Shown: positions 49,410 to 59,636, counted from the stretch's first letter. The stretch: 64,000 bases of DNA from Bacteroidota bacterium (GCA_041192805.1 JBEEMF010000069.1:4838-68837); one strand, 5' to 3'. Notes: generated by a model not told the origin, from the letters alone. Numbers and translations are program-made.

Positions 49410-50845
49410 ACCCAACAAAACTGATCCGCGATTATAATCAGGCCTATTTCTTGGGAATTGGTGGCATCGGAATGAGTGCCATTGCCCGGTATTTTTTGCA
49501 GATCGGATTGCCGGTTATGGGATACGATAAAACGCCAACACCACTTACAACTGCCTTGGAAAACGAAGGGGCCATCATCAACTACGATGACCAATTGGAA
49601 GCGCTACCGATGCTGGTTCAACAAGACCTCGAAAATACCCTCATAATCCTTACCCCTGCCATCCCAAAAAACCATGCGCAGTGGCTATGGCTGATCGACC
49701 AGAAAGCGACCATTTTTAAACGAAGCGAAGTGTTAGGTCAGATCGCACGCGGTGGCTATTGCATCGCGGTAGCTGGAACCCATGGCAAAACAACAACTTC
49801 CACGCTCATTGCCCACCTATTGCATGAATGTAACATCAATTTTACTGCATTCCTGGGTGGTATTAGCGCCAACTATAACACCAACTACCTGCGCAAAACC
49901 GATGGCGTAAATTATCAGCCCGGCGGAAATAGTGAAGCCAAGGAAATCATTGTCCTTGAAGCCGATGAATTCGATCGCAGCTTTCACCGACTCAACCCAG
50001 ATTTAGCAGTAATTACCGCCATCGACCCCGATCATTTAGACATTTACGGAACCCCGGAAGCGTTTGAACAAGCATTTGTTGATTTCACCCACCTCGTTCA
50101 ACCCAATGGCGGTTTGATGATTCAAGAGAACTTAAAAATCGCAATTGCGGAAAACGTAAAATCTCATACCTACGGCACAACCAATACGGCCAATTTTCAA
50201 GCCCAAGGCGTGCACATCAATCAGGGTGATTTTTGCTTTACATTAGCACACAATCAAACCGAAATTGCTCCTTTTCGATGCGGACTTCCTGGCCATCACA
50301 ACGTCCAAAACGCTGTCGCCGCGCTTGGCGTCTGTCAAGGATTTATAGGACTCGACGTTGAATCCTTGCAAAAAGGCATCGCCAGTTACAAAGGGGCCAA
50401 ACGCAGATTCGAATATGTTCACAAAACAGAGAACTATGTGGTCATCGACGATTACGCGCATCACCCAGAAGAGCTAAATGCCATTATTGGATCGGTTAGA
50501 ACACTATACCCCGACCAACAAATCACTGGCATTTTCCAACCCCACTTATTTTCTCGCACCCAAGATTTCGCCCAAGGATTTGCCGATAGCTTATCTCAAT
50601 TAGACCAAGTTTGGCTGATGGACATTTATCCGGCCCGCGAAAAACCGATACCAGGAGTAACAAGCACATGGTTACTAAATATGATTTCCAATCCCCAAAA
50701 AACGCTGGTCAGCCCGCAAACTGTTTTGGAAAAAATCCAAATGGAAAAACCGCAAATCTTGCTCATTTTGGGAGCAGGTGATATCGATCGAATTGTTCAA
50801 CCCATTGCCAACTTATACCTCAAGATAGATGCCCTCACTCAATAA
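49406..50845 (+). CDS. murC: UDP-N-acetylmuramate--L-alanine ligase
   Basis: ...AYFLGIGGIGMSAIARYF... and ...IAVAGTHGKTTTS... Confidence 0.92.
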   Translation: MNPTKLIRDYNQAYFLGIGGIGMSAIARYFLQIGLPVMGYDKTPTPLTTALENEGAIINYDDQLEALPMLVQQDLENTLIILTPAIPKNHAQWLWLIDQKATIFKRSEVLGQIARGGYCIAVAGTHGKTTTSTLIAHLLHECNINFTAFLGGISANYNTNYLRKTDGVNYQPGGNSEAKEIIVLEADEFDRSFHRLNPDLAVITAIDPDHLDIYGTPEAFEQAFVDFTHLVQPNGGLMIQENLKIAIAENVKSHTYGTTNTANFQAQGVHINQGDFCFTLAHNQTEIAPFRCGLPGHHNVQNAVAALGVCQGFIGLDVESLQKGIASYKGAKRRFEYVHKTENYVVIDDYAHHPEELNAIIGSVRTLYPDQQITGIFQPHLFSRTQDFAQGFADSLSQLDQVWLMDIYPAREKPIPGVTSTWLLNMISNPQKTLVSPQTVLEKIQMEKPQILLILGAGDIDRIVQPIANLYLKIDALTQ

Positions 50846-51641
50846 ACGTCAATGGTTGGTCGCCGCCCTTTTGGTCCTGCTTGTCGCAGTGGCCATTTTC
50901 TGGTCGTCCATCGCCAATACCGCCAAAAACCGCCTCGTCCAATCCATGGAAATCACAATTCTTCCAGAGGGAAAGGCAATTTTCTTGAATAAAACCATCA
51001 TCGCCGATTCGGTGCAAGCCTTTATCGGAAACCCCATAGGAAAGAATGCCAACGAGGTCAACATCAGAAAACTGGAAGGTCAGCTTAACAAAATCCCCGC
51101 CGTGAAAAAAGCGGAGGTGTATTTGGGACTCGACGGTCTGTTAAAAATCAAAGTTGAAGAACGCACACCCATCCTATTCGTCCAAAACAACAAAGGGCAA
51201 CAATTTTATGTCGATACCAACGGCGTAGTGATTCCCAACACCCCAACCACGAAATTTTGCGATGTGCTCGTGGCCAATGGAAATATCCCCGTAATCATGG
51301 AAGGTGGCAAGATTGTGAGCGGCGAAATCACCCGCAATGTGATGCAAGTGGCCAAGTTTGTATCGGCCGACAGTGTGTGGAACGCGCAGTTTCAACAATT
51401 GTATGTAGATAATTACAACGACGTGATTTTGATTCCCCGTGTAGGAAGACATAGCATTGTTGTAGGCAATGGCGCAAACCTGCCCAAAAAGTTCGAAAAC
51501 CTCCGTCTTTTCTACGATCAAGGCCTCAAGAGTGCAGGCTGGGATCATTATAAAAGTGTAGACATTTCGAACCTCAATCAGGTAGTAGGTCAGCGCACCG
51601 GCCAAGAAAACATACACAAAGAACCAAAAAAGTCCAATTAA
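50829..51641 (+). CDS. ftsQ: Cell division protein FtsQ (POTRA-domain)
   Basis: N-terminal TM WLVAALLVLLVAVAIFW followed by POTRA-like and FtsQ beta domains. Position between murC and ftsA. Confidence 0.8.
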   Translation: MPSLNKRQWLVAALLVLLVAVAIFWSSIANTAKNRLVQSMEITILPEGKAIFLNKTIIADSVQAFIGNPIGKNANEVNIRKLEGQLNKIPAVKKAEVYLGLDGLLKIKVEERTPILFVQNNKGQQFYVDTNGVVIPNTPTTKFCDVLVANGNIPVIMEGGKIVSGEITRNVMQVAKFVSADSVWNAQFQQLYVDNYNDVILIPRVGRHSIVVGNGANLPKKFENLRLFYDQGLKSAGWDHYKSVDISNLNQVVGQRTGQENIHKEPKKSN

Positions 51642-51664
51642 TAGAACACCCCTAATCAATACAT

Positions 51665-53077
51665 ATGGCTATCAATAACAATATCATCGTAGGACTCGAC
51701 ATCGGCACAACCAAGGTGTGTGCAATTGTCGGCCAAATGGCCGAAAACGGCAAATTGAACATCCTCGGCATGGGAAAAGCCCCAAGTCAAGGTGGAGTAT
51801 CTCGAGGCATGGTTGCCAACGTTGCAAAAGCAGTGACCGCAATACAATCTGCCGTAGAAGATGCCATCAAACAAAGTCAAGTACAGGTGAAAACCGTATT
51901 TGTAGGTATCGCAGGACACCACATAAAAAGCCTACAGCACCGCGGAACCTTGAGCCGTAAGCAGTGGGACGTGGAAATCACCGAGGACGAACTGTACAAA
52001 TTGGAAGTGGAAATGGAAAACTTGGCATTATCACCAGGATTGGAAATTCTACACGTACTTCCCCAAGAGTATCGCATCGATGGCGAAGAAGGTATCAAAG
52101 ACCCCGTAGGTCGTGTAGGTGTTCGCGTAGAATGCAATTACCACATCATCACAGGCGAAACTTCTGCCGCAAAAACCATCTTCATGGCCGTTCGTAGAGC
52201 AGGCCTTGAAATCGCCGATTTGATCGTAGAACCCGTAGCCTCCGCTGCCGCTGTATTGAGCGAGCCTGAAATGGAAGCCGGTGTTGCATTGATCGACATT
52301 GGTGGTGGTACAACCGACATTTGTATTTTCGACGATGGAGCGATCCGTCATACCGCCATCATCCCAATCGGTGGTGATCGCATTACCAAAGATTTACAGG
52401 AAGCCTTCGGGATTCTTAAGGACCAAGCTGAATTCGTGAAAGTAAATTACGGCAGCTGCTTCCCAACCGAAGCGATGAAAAACGAAGTCGTTGTAGTCCC
52501 CGGACTTCCCGGCAGAGCGCCCAAAGAAATTTCGTTGTATGCCATTTCTCAGGTGATTCGCGCCCGTGTGGAAGACATCATCCAAAAGGTTGATTTCGAG
52601 ATTGTTGTCTCTGGAATTCGTCACAAATTGGCTGGCGGTATCGTTTTAACTGGCGGTGGATCATCGATGAAAGACATCACCCAATTGTTCAACTATTTCA
52701 TTGGATTGGAAGTGCATATTGGTTCGCCCGGACATCGTTTAGGCAAGGCCATGATCGATGAGGTTCGAAACCCTATGTATGCCACCAGTATTGGTTTGGT
52801 GTTGAAAGGGTTTGAATTGGCAGCAAAGAGCGAAGCAATCCAGCTCAATAACGAGTTTATCGTAAAGCAAGAAGTACCTGTTTCTAACAGCGATGGTTTT
52901 CTTGACGATGTTGAAGCAGAAATAGCACAAACAGGTCAATTAGATTTCGGAAACACACCAGAAGCACACGGAAAAAATGGCTTTGGGATTTTCGGCGGTG
53001 GCTGGTTCAATAGCAACAAAGGCATCATCAAAGACATCAAGAATTGGATGCAAGATGGCGAGGACTTCCAAGAATAA
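51665..53077 (+). CDS. ftsA: Cell division protein FtsA
   Basis: MAINNNIIVGLDIGTTKVCAIVGQ... is an actin-fold start. ...ALIDIGGGTTDICIF.. contains the conserved GGG nucleotide-binding motif. Confidence 0.93.
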   Translation: MAINNNIIVGLDIGTTKVCAIVGQMAENGKLNILGMGKAPSQGGVSRGMVANVAKAVTAIQSAVEDAIKQSQVQVKTVFVGIAGHHIKSLQHRGTLSRKQWDVEITEDELYKLEVEMENLALSPGLEILHVLPQEYRIDGEEGIKDPVGRVGVRVECNYHIITGETSAAKTIFMAVRRAGLEIADLIVEPVASAAAVLSEPEMEAGVALIDIGGGTTDICIFDDGAIRHTAIIPIGGDRITKDLQEAFGILKDQAEFVKVNYGSCFPTEAMKNEVVVVPGLPGRAPKEISLYAISQVIRARVEDIIQKVDFEIVVSGIRHKLAGGIVLTGGGSSMKDITQLFNYFIGLEVHIGSPGHRLGKAMIDEVRNPMYATSIGLVLKGFELAAKSEAIQLNNEFIVKQEVPVSNSDGFLDDVEAEIAQTGQLDFGNTPEAHGKNGFGIFGGGWFNSNKGIIKDIKNWMQDGEDFQE

Positions 53078-53100
53078 TCAAGACATATATATTTAATGGT

Positions 53101-54732
53101 ATGATTATGACAGGATTTGAACCCGCAGTAAATAAAGTACGAGGCAACCTCATCAAGGTCATTGGTGTGGGCGGTGGTGGAAGCAATGCCGTTAACCACA
53201 TGTTCCGCCATGGGATTGAAGGCGTTGACTTTTATATATGCAATACCGATTTACAGTCCCTCCACAGCAGCCCCATCCCTAATCGTTTGCAATTGGGTGC
53301 CCAGCTTACCGAAGGTTTAGGTGCCGGATCAATGCCTGATATGGGTGAAAAGGCCGCCATGGAAAATATGGCCCAGATTCGCCAGATCATGGAGGACAAT
53401 ACCAAAATGGTTTTTATCACCGCAGGAATGGGTGGTGGAACTGGAACCGGTGCCGCGCCGGTGATTGCGAAAATCGCAAAAGAATTGAGTATCCTTACCG
53501 TGGGAATTGTGACCCTACCTTTTGAAGACGAAGGTCCACAAAGAATTGACCAAGCCCGCGAAGGATTAGAAAAATTACGTCCGCATGTTGATGCCTTGCT
53601 TACCATTTGCAACGATCGCATCGTAGACATGTACGGCGACTTAACAATTACACAAGCTTTCTCAAAAGCAGATGATATCCTGTGCACTGCAGCACGTGGA
53701 ATCGCCGAAATTATCACCAAACCCGGTCAGATCAACGTAGATTTCATGGATGTACAAACCGCCATGAGGGATAGTGGTAGAGCCATTATGGGAACCGGGA
53801 TTGCAGCGGGTGAGAATCGCGCTGAGAATGCAGTAAGGATGGCTTTGGACAGCCCACTGCTCGACAATACAAGAATTCAAGGTGCGCAGCATTTGTTGGT
53901 AAATTTCACTTACGGACATAAAGAACCGGTGATGAGTGAGATCTCCAAAGTGAAAAAATACCTACAAGAAGAGGCGGGCAATACGGCCCACTTGAAAATG
54001 GGCATTACCAAAGATGATAGCCTCGGAGACGATATTGCAATTACAGTAATCGCAACAGGATTTGAATCCCGCGACCATGTCAATGCGAATTTGTTTAGCC
54101 AGCAACAAGAGGTAGTGATTGCGGCTCCGGTTGCCCCTGCTACAGTGGTTCAAAATCCTTATGGCTTTAATGGTGGTAATCCGAATTTATCAGAGCGACC
54201 TGCATTCAATACCGGTGGATTTCAGAGCGGAAACCCCAATCTTTCAAAACCAATAGGTTCTGGATTGGCAGGCAACAGCGACTTGCCTAATGACAACGCG
54301 AGGAATCAACCGCCATTAGGCAATCCCATATCAAACAGCGAGAACAATCAAGCCAATCTTTTTAGCATCCCGCAGAACCCGAGCGTAATTAACCACGTTC
54401 CTAGCAGTTTTGGAAATAGCGATAGCGACGAGGACCCAATGAATCCGATTGATGTCACTCCGAAACCCTTCACCGCCGAAGATCCATTTGAAGATCCATC
54501 AGCCCAAGTTTTTCGCGACACACACCTGGAAAATGGAAGAAGCCATAGAGAAACTTTATTAGACAGTGATATTGATGTCCCAGCCTACATGCGTCGGGGA
54601 GTCAATCTCGAAGCAGCCCCTCACAGCCAATCTCAACTGGTGAGTAAAATCACCATTGGCGAGGAAGACCCAATGAATGCACGCGATTTAACGGTAAAAC
54701 CGAATCGCCACTTGCACGATAACGTGGATTGA
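53101..54732 (+). CDS. ftsZ: Cell division GTPase FtsZ with long low-complexity C-terminal linker
   Basis: Start at MIMTGFEPAV...IKVIGVGGGGSNAVNHM (tubulin signature GGGTGTG at ...AGMGGGTGTGAAPVIA...). ~230 aa of N/P/S/G-rich linker precede the conserved C-terminal peptide region (...DIDVPAYMRRG...). Confidence 0.93.
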   Translation: MIMTGFEPAVNKVRGNLIKVIGVGGGGSNAVNHMFRHGIEGVDFYICNTDLQSLHSSPIPNRLQLGAQLTEGLGAGSMPDMGEKAAMENMAQIRQIMEDNTKMVFITAGMGGGTGTGAAPVIAKIAKELSILTVGIVTLPFEDEGPQRIDQAREGLEKLRPHVDALLTICNDRIVDMYGDLTITQAFSKADDILCTAARGIAEIITKPGQINVDFMDVQTAMRDSGRAIMGTGIAAGENRAENAVRMALDSPLLDNTRIQGAQHLLVNFTYGHKEPVMSEISKVKKYLQEEAGNTAHLKMGITKDDSLGDDIAITVIATGFESRDHVNANLFSQQQEVVIAAPVAPATVVQNPYGFNGGNPNLSERPAFNTGGFQSGNPNLSKPIGSGLAGNSDLPNDNARNQPPLGNPISNSENNQANLFSIPQNPSVINHVPSSFGNSDSDEDPMNPIDVTPKPFTAEDPFEDPSAQVFRDTHLENGRSHRETLLDSDIDVPAYMRRGVNLEAAPHSQSQLVSKITIGEEDPMNARDLTVKPNRHLHDNVD

Positions 54733-54756
54733 TAGCCAAAATAATCCAACAGCAAA

Positions 54757-54790
54757 TGAGCCATGCCTTACGGTGTGGCTTTTTTGTTTT
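54757..54790 (+). terminator. Putative rho-independent terminator at the end of the dcw cluster
   Basis: Imperfect hairpin gagccatgcc-ttac-ggtgtggct followed by tttttgtttt at 54781-54790. Confidence 0.5.
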
Positions 54791-54793
54791 CAA

Positions 54794-56107
54794 TTAAATG
54801 TGGCTCGGGAAATTGGAGTAAAGACTTAAGTATTGCTGAGCGATCGACAATGAACCGTAATTAGCCACCGCCGCATTTCTGCTCGCCTCTTGCATTTTGA
54901 TTCTCTTGGATGGCTCCATTCTCATGTACGATGCGATGCCTTGGATAAGGGACTTCACATCCATCTTCTCGGCTAGCCATCCAGATTGATGAACACCGCT
55001 TGGCGAAATCATTTCAGGTATACCACCCACCGCAAATGCTGCCACGGGGACCCCGCAACTCAAACTCTCCATGATTGTGGTTGGCAAGTTCTCTTCATGC
55101 GATGTGGTCACGTAAACATCGGCCTGCCAATAGGCATCGCGCATCTGCTTTGCATCAGAAATAAATCCAAGTTCCTTTACCGCGCACTTCAATCCCAAAC
55201 CACCATTGGCAAGTCGATTCTCACCTACTACCAAAGCCATAATATCATTAAATCCTAACTCTACCAACCCATTACAGACAGACCTGAACTCGGCGAATCC
55301 TTTGGCAGGATTGCCTAGGTTAGCCGCCGCAAACATCAAAACAAAAGGATAATTCATTGGACTCTTCATTGAATTCGAACCACGCGGCTTAAAATAATCC
55401 GTATCTATGGGATTGGGAACGACCTTAATTTCGGGCATTGCAAGCGCACCTCCAATACCGATTAATTCATTTACTATGCCACTATTATCAGCCTGTCTTT
55501 TTAACCAAGCACTCGGCGTAACAAATTGAAGTCGACCGCCTGCATTCGAAAAAATTCTCTTTTTTGCCTTGAAAACTTGGTTCGACAAATCCGATTGTCC
55601 CGGCTGCTTTAAATACTGACAATTACCACAATCACGGGTAAAATTATCACACCCTCTGGGATGGTAACAACCGCCTGTAAAAGGCCACATATCATGACAA
55701 GTCCACACGATTTTCTTACCTAAACCCAAGAGATCTTCCAATCCACTCAAGCTCACAAAGCCTTTGTTGACCCAATGAAGATGAATGATATCAGCATCTT
55801 GTACCGCCTTCCAATTGGCAACATTTACGCCCGTTTTGCCATGACTAAAGGCAAATCGAATGGATCTGTTTGCCTCGAATCTCAGGAAATCCAATTTCTC
55901 CAAGGCATGCAATCCAAAGGCCCATTTTTTCTTTAACCAAGTATTGGCCCACAAATGAAAATCCCCCTCCCCACCATCAAAAACCCAGTGCTCGCTAGAA
56001 ACTCCCTCGAGTCCATTGAGCGCATCACTGAGTCGCTGCGCAGCAACAAACGCCCCACCCGAAGAAGACGCATTGAGATGCAATATTCGCAGTGGTTGGG
56101 ATGTCAT
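54794..56107 (-). CDS. GT4-family (GT-B) glycosyltransferase with an unusual Cys-rich segment
   Basis: C-terminal half carries ...EENLPTTIMESLSCGVPVAAFAVGGIPEMI..., the GT4 EX7E-type region. The N-terminal half contains CHDMWPFTGGCYHPRGCDNFTRDCGNCQYL. Confidence 0.75.
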   Translation of the reverse strand: MTSQPLRILHLNASSSGGAFVAAQRLSDALNGLEGVSSEHWVFDGGEGDFHLWANTWLKKKWAFGLHALEKLDFLRFEANRSIRFAFSHGKTGVNVANWKAVQDADIIHLHWVNKGFVSLSGLEDLLGLGKKIVWTCHDMWPFTGGCYHPRGCDNFTRDCGNCQYLKQPGQSDLSNQVFKAKKRIFSNAGGRLQFVTPSAWLKRQADNSGIVNELIGIGGALAMPEIKVVPNPIDTDYFKPRGSNSMKSPMNYPFVLMFAAANLGNPAKGFAEFRSVCNGLVELGFNDIMALVVGENRLANGGLGLKCAVKELGFISDAKQMRDAYWQADVYVTTSHEENLPTTIMESLSCGVPVAAFAVGGIPEMISPSGVHQSGWLAEKMDVKSLIQGIASYMRMEPSKRIKMQEASRNAAVANYGSLSIAQQYLSLYSNFPSHI

Positions 56108-56139
56108 ATCAATGCAAGTTAAAGTAAATTAATATACCC

Positions 56140-57381
56140 TTATCCTTTACTTGGCTTAGCAACAGGATCTAGATCGCTTACGCGCAATGTCTTACTGAGG
56201 ATTAACGATAAAAAGAAGGCAACCACCATCAAGCCACCACCCACCAAATAGGGCAAAGTGGAAAATTGATGATATAATACCATGGCAATAAATGGTCCGA
56301 ACGCGCGAGCCAAAGAACTTGTACTTTGCAACAAACCCAACATTCTACCTTGAGATTCGGGCGGCGTGTTTCGACTTACCAAAGAATTGATCGCAGGCAT
56401 CATCAACCCGTTACCCAATGAAAGCAATACAATCGAAATAGCCTGGACCACATAAAATGCATTTCCCGCTTCAGGCAATGGAATAATCATTAGTCCCATC
56501 GCAATGGCAGGACAACCCCATAAAAGCATCCTGCGCACACCCACTCGTTTGGTGAACACGCCAATAAGTCCCCCTTGAACAATAGCGCCACAGATTCCAA
56601 TAAAACCAAAGATATTTCCGATCCCCGCCGGTGTCAATAGATACTTTTCCTTCCATAAAACACTTGAACTTCCGTACATCATACTAAAGGCAGCGATATA
56701 AATGAAATTGATCACGAACAACTCACCAATCACATCCAATCTCCAAACAGTAACCAAGCCTTTGAATGTATCGGAAACCTTGCGCTTGTGTGCTGATTTT
56801 GACTCCAAACTCTCAGGCAACATAAACCAAGCCAACACAAAGTTTAATGCGCACAAGGCCGCAGTAAAGAAACCCACCCAACGTAAACCATATTCACCGC
56901 CAGCGTGGTAAAGCCAACCCCCGATAGGCGGACCAAAGACGAAGCCTAAACCAAAGGCGGCGCCAATAATCCCCATTCGCTTGGCACGATCCTCAGGCGG
57001 CGTAATGTCGGCTATGTAAGCCTGTGCCGCCGCAATGTTCGCACTTCCAAAACCCGAAACAACCCTCGCCAACAACAGAAATACGAAGCTAGAACTGAGT
57101 CCGAACAATATATAACCAACAATGTTGAAGAGGATACTCACTAGCAGTATCGGCCTGCGGCCGATACGATCCGACAGTGATCCAAAAATGGGTGCAAATA
57201 AAAATTGAATGATTGAAAACGATCCAACCACAACACCCACAGCGACATCCGGATTGAACGGCAACGTGGAACCAGTGGCCAAACTCTTTGCCAAATTTGG
57301 CAAAATGGGTATTACCACTCCAAAGCCCAGAAGGTCAATGAAAATGGTTAAAAACAGAATTAATATTCGCTTATCCTTCAT
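56140..57381 (-). CDS. MFS transporter (DHA/Tet-like efflux family)
   Basis: 12 TM segments; motif A GSLSDRIGRRPILL. 413 aa. Confidence 0.85.
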   Translation of the reverse strand: MKDKRILILFLTIFIDLLGFGVVIPILPNLAKSLATGSTLPFNPDVAVGVVVGSFSIIQFLFAPIFGSLSDRIGRRPILLVSILFNIVGYILFGLSSSFVFLLLARVVSGFGSANIAAAQAYIADITPPEDRAKRMGIIGAAFGLGFVFGPPIGGWLYHAGGEYGLRWVGFFTAALCALNFVLAWFMLPESLESKSAHKRKVSDTFKGLVTVWRLDVIGELFVINFIYIAAFSMMYGSSSVLWKEKYLLTPAGIGNIFGFIGICGAIVQGGLIGVFTKRVGVRRMLLWGCPAIAMGLMIIPLPEAGNAFYVVQAISIVLLSLGNGLMMPAINSLVSRNTPPESQGRMLGLLQSTSSLARAFGPFIAMVLYHQFSTLPYLVGGGLMVVAFFLSLILSKTLRVSDLDPVAKPSKG

Positions 57382-57889
57382 GTGTGAATTTCAATTTTGG
57401 GGCAATCCAAGAATCAGCCAACGGCAATGCCAAACCACCCTTTTTCAAATCCCCCAAGTTACTCGCAAGCATATTGATACTTGACGTATTACTATCAATC
57501 TCACCACTATCCAACCCCACCTGAATTTCTGATTTATTTAAAATGCAAATATCATCGCCCTTCAAGATCCAAACCAAGGTCCGTTGAAAAAAATCCAAAT
57601 CAAACTTTCCCTTTTGCGATTGTAGCAAATGAAAAACCTTATCGATGCTGCAGCCACTAGGCGCCTCTTTAGACTCATCAACAGCAACAATCAAAATACA
57701 GCGGTGCAGTAAACAAAAATCAGCCGTCAAACCCTTCCCGTGCGCTTGCCAACCCGACACAAAATCAACCATCTGACCTTGGATTGAAACCGCTTCTGCA
57801 TCGGTTAGAGTCCGTTGAGCGCCAAACAACCACACCCGAGAAGATCCGGGAAGTAAAATATTTTCGATGGGATTTCGCTCTGGCGTCAA
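57371..57889 (-). CDS. Hypothetical conserved protein (172 aa)
   Basis: No recognisable catalytic motif. Tightly packed between the Fe-S protein and the MFS gene (3-nt gap, 11-nt overlap). Confidence 0.45.
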   Translation of the reverse strand: MTPERNPIENILLPGSSRVWLFGAQRTLTDAEAVSIQGQMVDFVSGWQAHGKGLTADFCLLHRCILIVAVDESKEAPSGCSIDKVFHLLQSQKGKFDLDFFQRTLVWILKGDDICILNKSEIQVGLDSGEIDSNTSSINMLASNLGDLKKGGLALPLADSWIAPKLKFTHEG

Positions 57890-57891
57890 AA

Positions 57892-58677
57892 TCAGGATTT
57901 TAAGGACCCATTCACGATTTCCGCGATATCCAATACCTGCACCTGATCCTCTTTTTCAAAATGCTTGGTACCATCGCGCATCATCGTATTACAGAAAGGA
58001 CAATTAACAGCAATGATTTCCGCACCGGTTGCCAACGCTTCCTCCGTGCGATTCACATTCACCTCTTGATTCCCTTTTTCAGCTTCTTTAAACATTTGTG
58101 CTCCACCGGCTCCACAACAAAAACCATTGGTTTTGCATCGTTTCATCTCAACTAAATCAACATCCAAGCGATCCATCACCATTCGCGGTGCCTCGTAAAT
58201 CCCGTTGGCCCGACCCAAATAACAACTGTCGTGGTAAGTGATTTTTTTGCCCTGATAAGCCCCACCCTCAATCGCGATTCTACCGTCAGTCAACAATTCG
58301 TTGATCAGTTGCGTGTGATGTATCACTTCATAATTCCCACCCAAATTGGGGTATTCATTTTTCAAGGTATTAAAACAATGAGGACATGCTGTTACGATGC
58401 GTTTCACCGCGTATCCATTGAGAACTTCGATATTTTGCATCGCTTGCATTTGAAATAAAAACTCATTTCCGGCACGCTTTGCTGGATCGCCAGTGCAACC
58501 TTCTTCAGCGCCCAATATGGCGAACTTGACACCGGCTTGGGTTAAAATATTTGCGAAGGCCCGACTCACTCGCTGGGCTCTTTCATCGTAACTCCCAGCG
58601 CAACCCACCCAGAATAAAATCTCGGGGGTTTCACCAGCGGAAACATACTCTTGGATCGTTTTTACCGACATCGACAT
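57892..58677 (-). CDS. (Fe-S)-binding protein with two CCG cysteine-rich domains (LutA / heterodisulfide-reductase D-like)
   Basis: Two Cys-rich repeats, ...WVGCAGSYDER... / ...TACPHCFNTLKNEYP... and ...DSCYLGRANG... / ...CCGAGGAQM... / ...VNCPFCNTMMRDG.... Confidence 0.75.
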   Translation of the reverse strand: MSMSVKTIQEYVSAGETPEILFWVGCAGSYDERAQRVSRAFANILTQAGVKFAILGAEEGCTGDPAKRAGNEFLFQMQAMQNIEVLNGYAVKRIVTACPHCFNTLKNEYPNLGGNYEVIHHTQLINELLTDGRIAIEGGAYQGKKITYHDSCYLGRANGIYEAPRMVMDRLDVDLVEMKRCKTNGFCCGAGGAQMFKEAEKGNQEVNVNRTEEALATGAEIIAVNCPFCNTMMRDGTKHFEKEDQVQVLDIAEIVNGSLKS

Positions 58678-58780
58678 AATGATGCAATTTCGGCCATTGA
58701 AAGGAAATGGTCAACGCAAGTATTCCACATCAAAAAAGAATGTATTGATTTGAAAAATGGATTAAACATTGGAGCAGATT

Positions 58781-58818
58781 AAAAATAAAAAAAGGAGGGC
58801 GGCCTGCGGCCGCCCTCC
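58781..58818 (-). terminator. Rho-independent terminator after the 58842..59636 gene
   Basis: Perfect hairpin ggagggcggcc-tgc-ggccgccctcc at 58794-58818, preceded on the + strand by a 13-nt A-run (= T-run downstream on the minus strand). Confidence 0.8.
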
Positions 58819-58841
58819 TTTAGCTCGATCAATTATTTACA

Positions 58842-59636
58842 TCAATAACCAGAACCACCACTTCCAACAATTTCCTGAACAGCACACGCCATAAAAGGAA
58901 CCTGAAACTGCACACAATATTGCTGAAACGGCCCGGCCTTCATAAATCCTCCGCCATCGGTCTCATTCATCGACGAAACCCAACAATCTCGGATTTTACC
59001 AAGCTCTTCCAAAACCGTTGATACCATGTCAGCGCCCTCTTTAGGATCCAATTCCGCGACAGGAATACCCTTCTTTACCATGTAGTCAAAGGCCTGACCA
59101 GAATAAGCGTAAAGGTATTTTACCGTTTCATTGTCCTTGCTAGACGACAACGAAAAAATATTAACCTTGGCACCGAACATCTTCGCCAAAACCGATACCC
59201 GATAGAATTTCTGTCGAGATTCAGAATTAGAATCCAATAGCATCAAAATATTCCTTGGCTCCACCCACTTCGTTTGATGGTTGAAAAATATCATCGGATT
59301 CTTAAACTTGCTTACACAGGCCGCCATTCCGCCACCTATCAAGCCCGGCACCTTCGGCTCAGCAAATACAAATGTCATTTCTGCATCGATATTGTTGGCT
59401 GTTTTGACACTGGTTGACCAAAATTCTCCTGATTTTTCGAAGATCGTCAAATCTCGGTACGCACGCTTCTTGAGATCATCCACAAGGGCTTGCGTAATTC
59501 CGGCGTTGGCAGCATTCTGCAACCAAATCAATTCGCCTTTGAACCTGCGCGCCACCGAAAAAATAGCATCGCATATTGTTTGTTGATTTTGGGTACTGTC
59601 TGATGTAAATAAAATTTTTGTAGTAGTTTCTTCCAT
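58842..59636 (-). CDS. Hypothetical protein (264 aa), possibly a tandem universal-stress-protein-like alpha/beta domain
   Basis: Two similar halves (...KILFTSD... and ...ILMLLDSNSES...), and a C-terminal ...VQEIVGSGGSGY. Weak resemblance only. Confidence 0.35.
   Translation of the reverse strand: MEETTTKILFTSDSTQNQQTICDAIFSVARRFKGELIWLQNAANAGITQALVDDLKKRAYRDLTIFEKSGEFWSTSVKTANNIDAEMTFVFAEPKVPGLIGGGMAACVSKFKNPMIFFNHQTKWVEPRNILMLLDSNSESRQKFYRVSVLAKMFGAKVNIFSLSSSKDNETVKYLYAYSGQAFDYMVKKGIPVAELDPKEGADMVSTVLEELGKIRDCWVSSMNETDGGGFMKAGPFQQYCVQFQVPFMACAVQEIVGSGGSGY

Noticed and set aside
53095-53125. The ggatttgaacccgcagt sequence resembles a tRNA T-arm/acceptor fragment
   Set aside because: It encodes the FtsZ N-terminus (MTGFEPAV). 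There is no cloverleaf or anticodon arm around it. The window contains no convincing tRNA.
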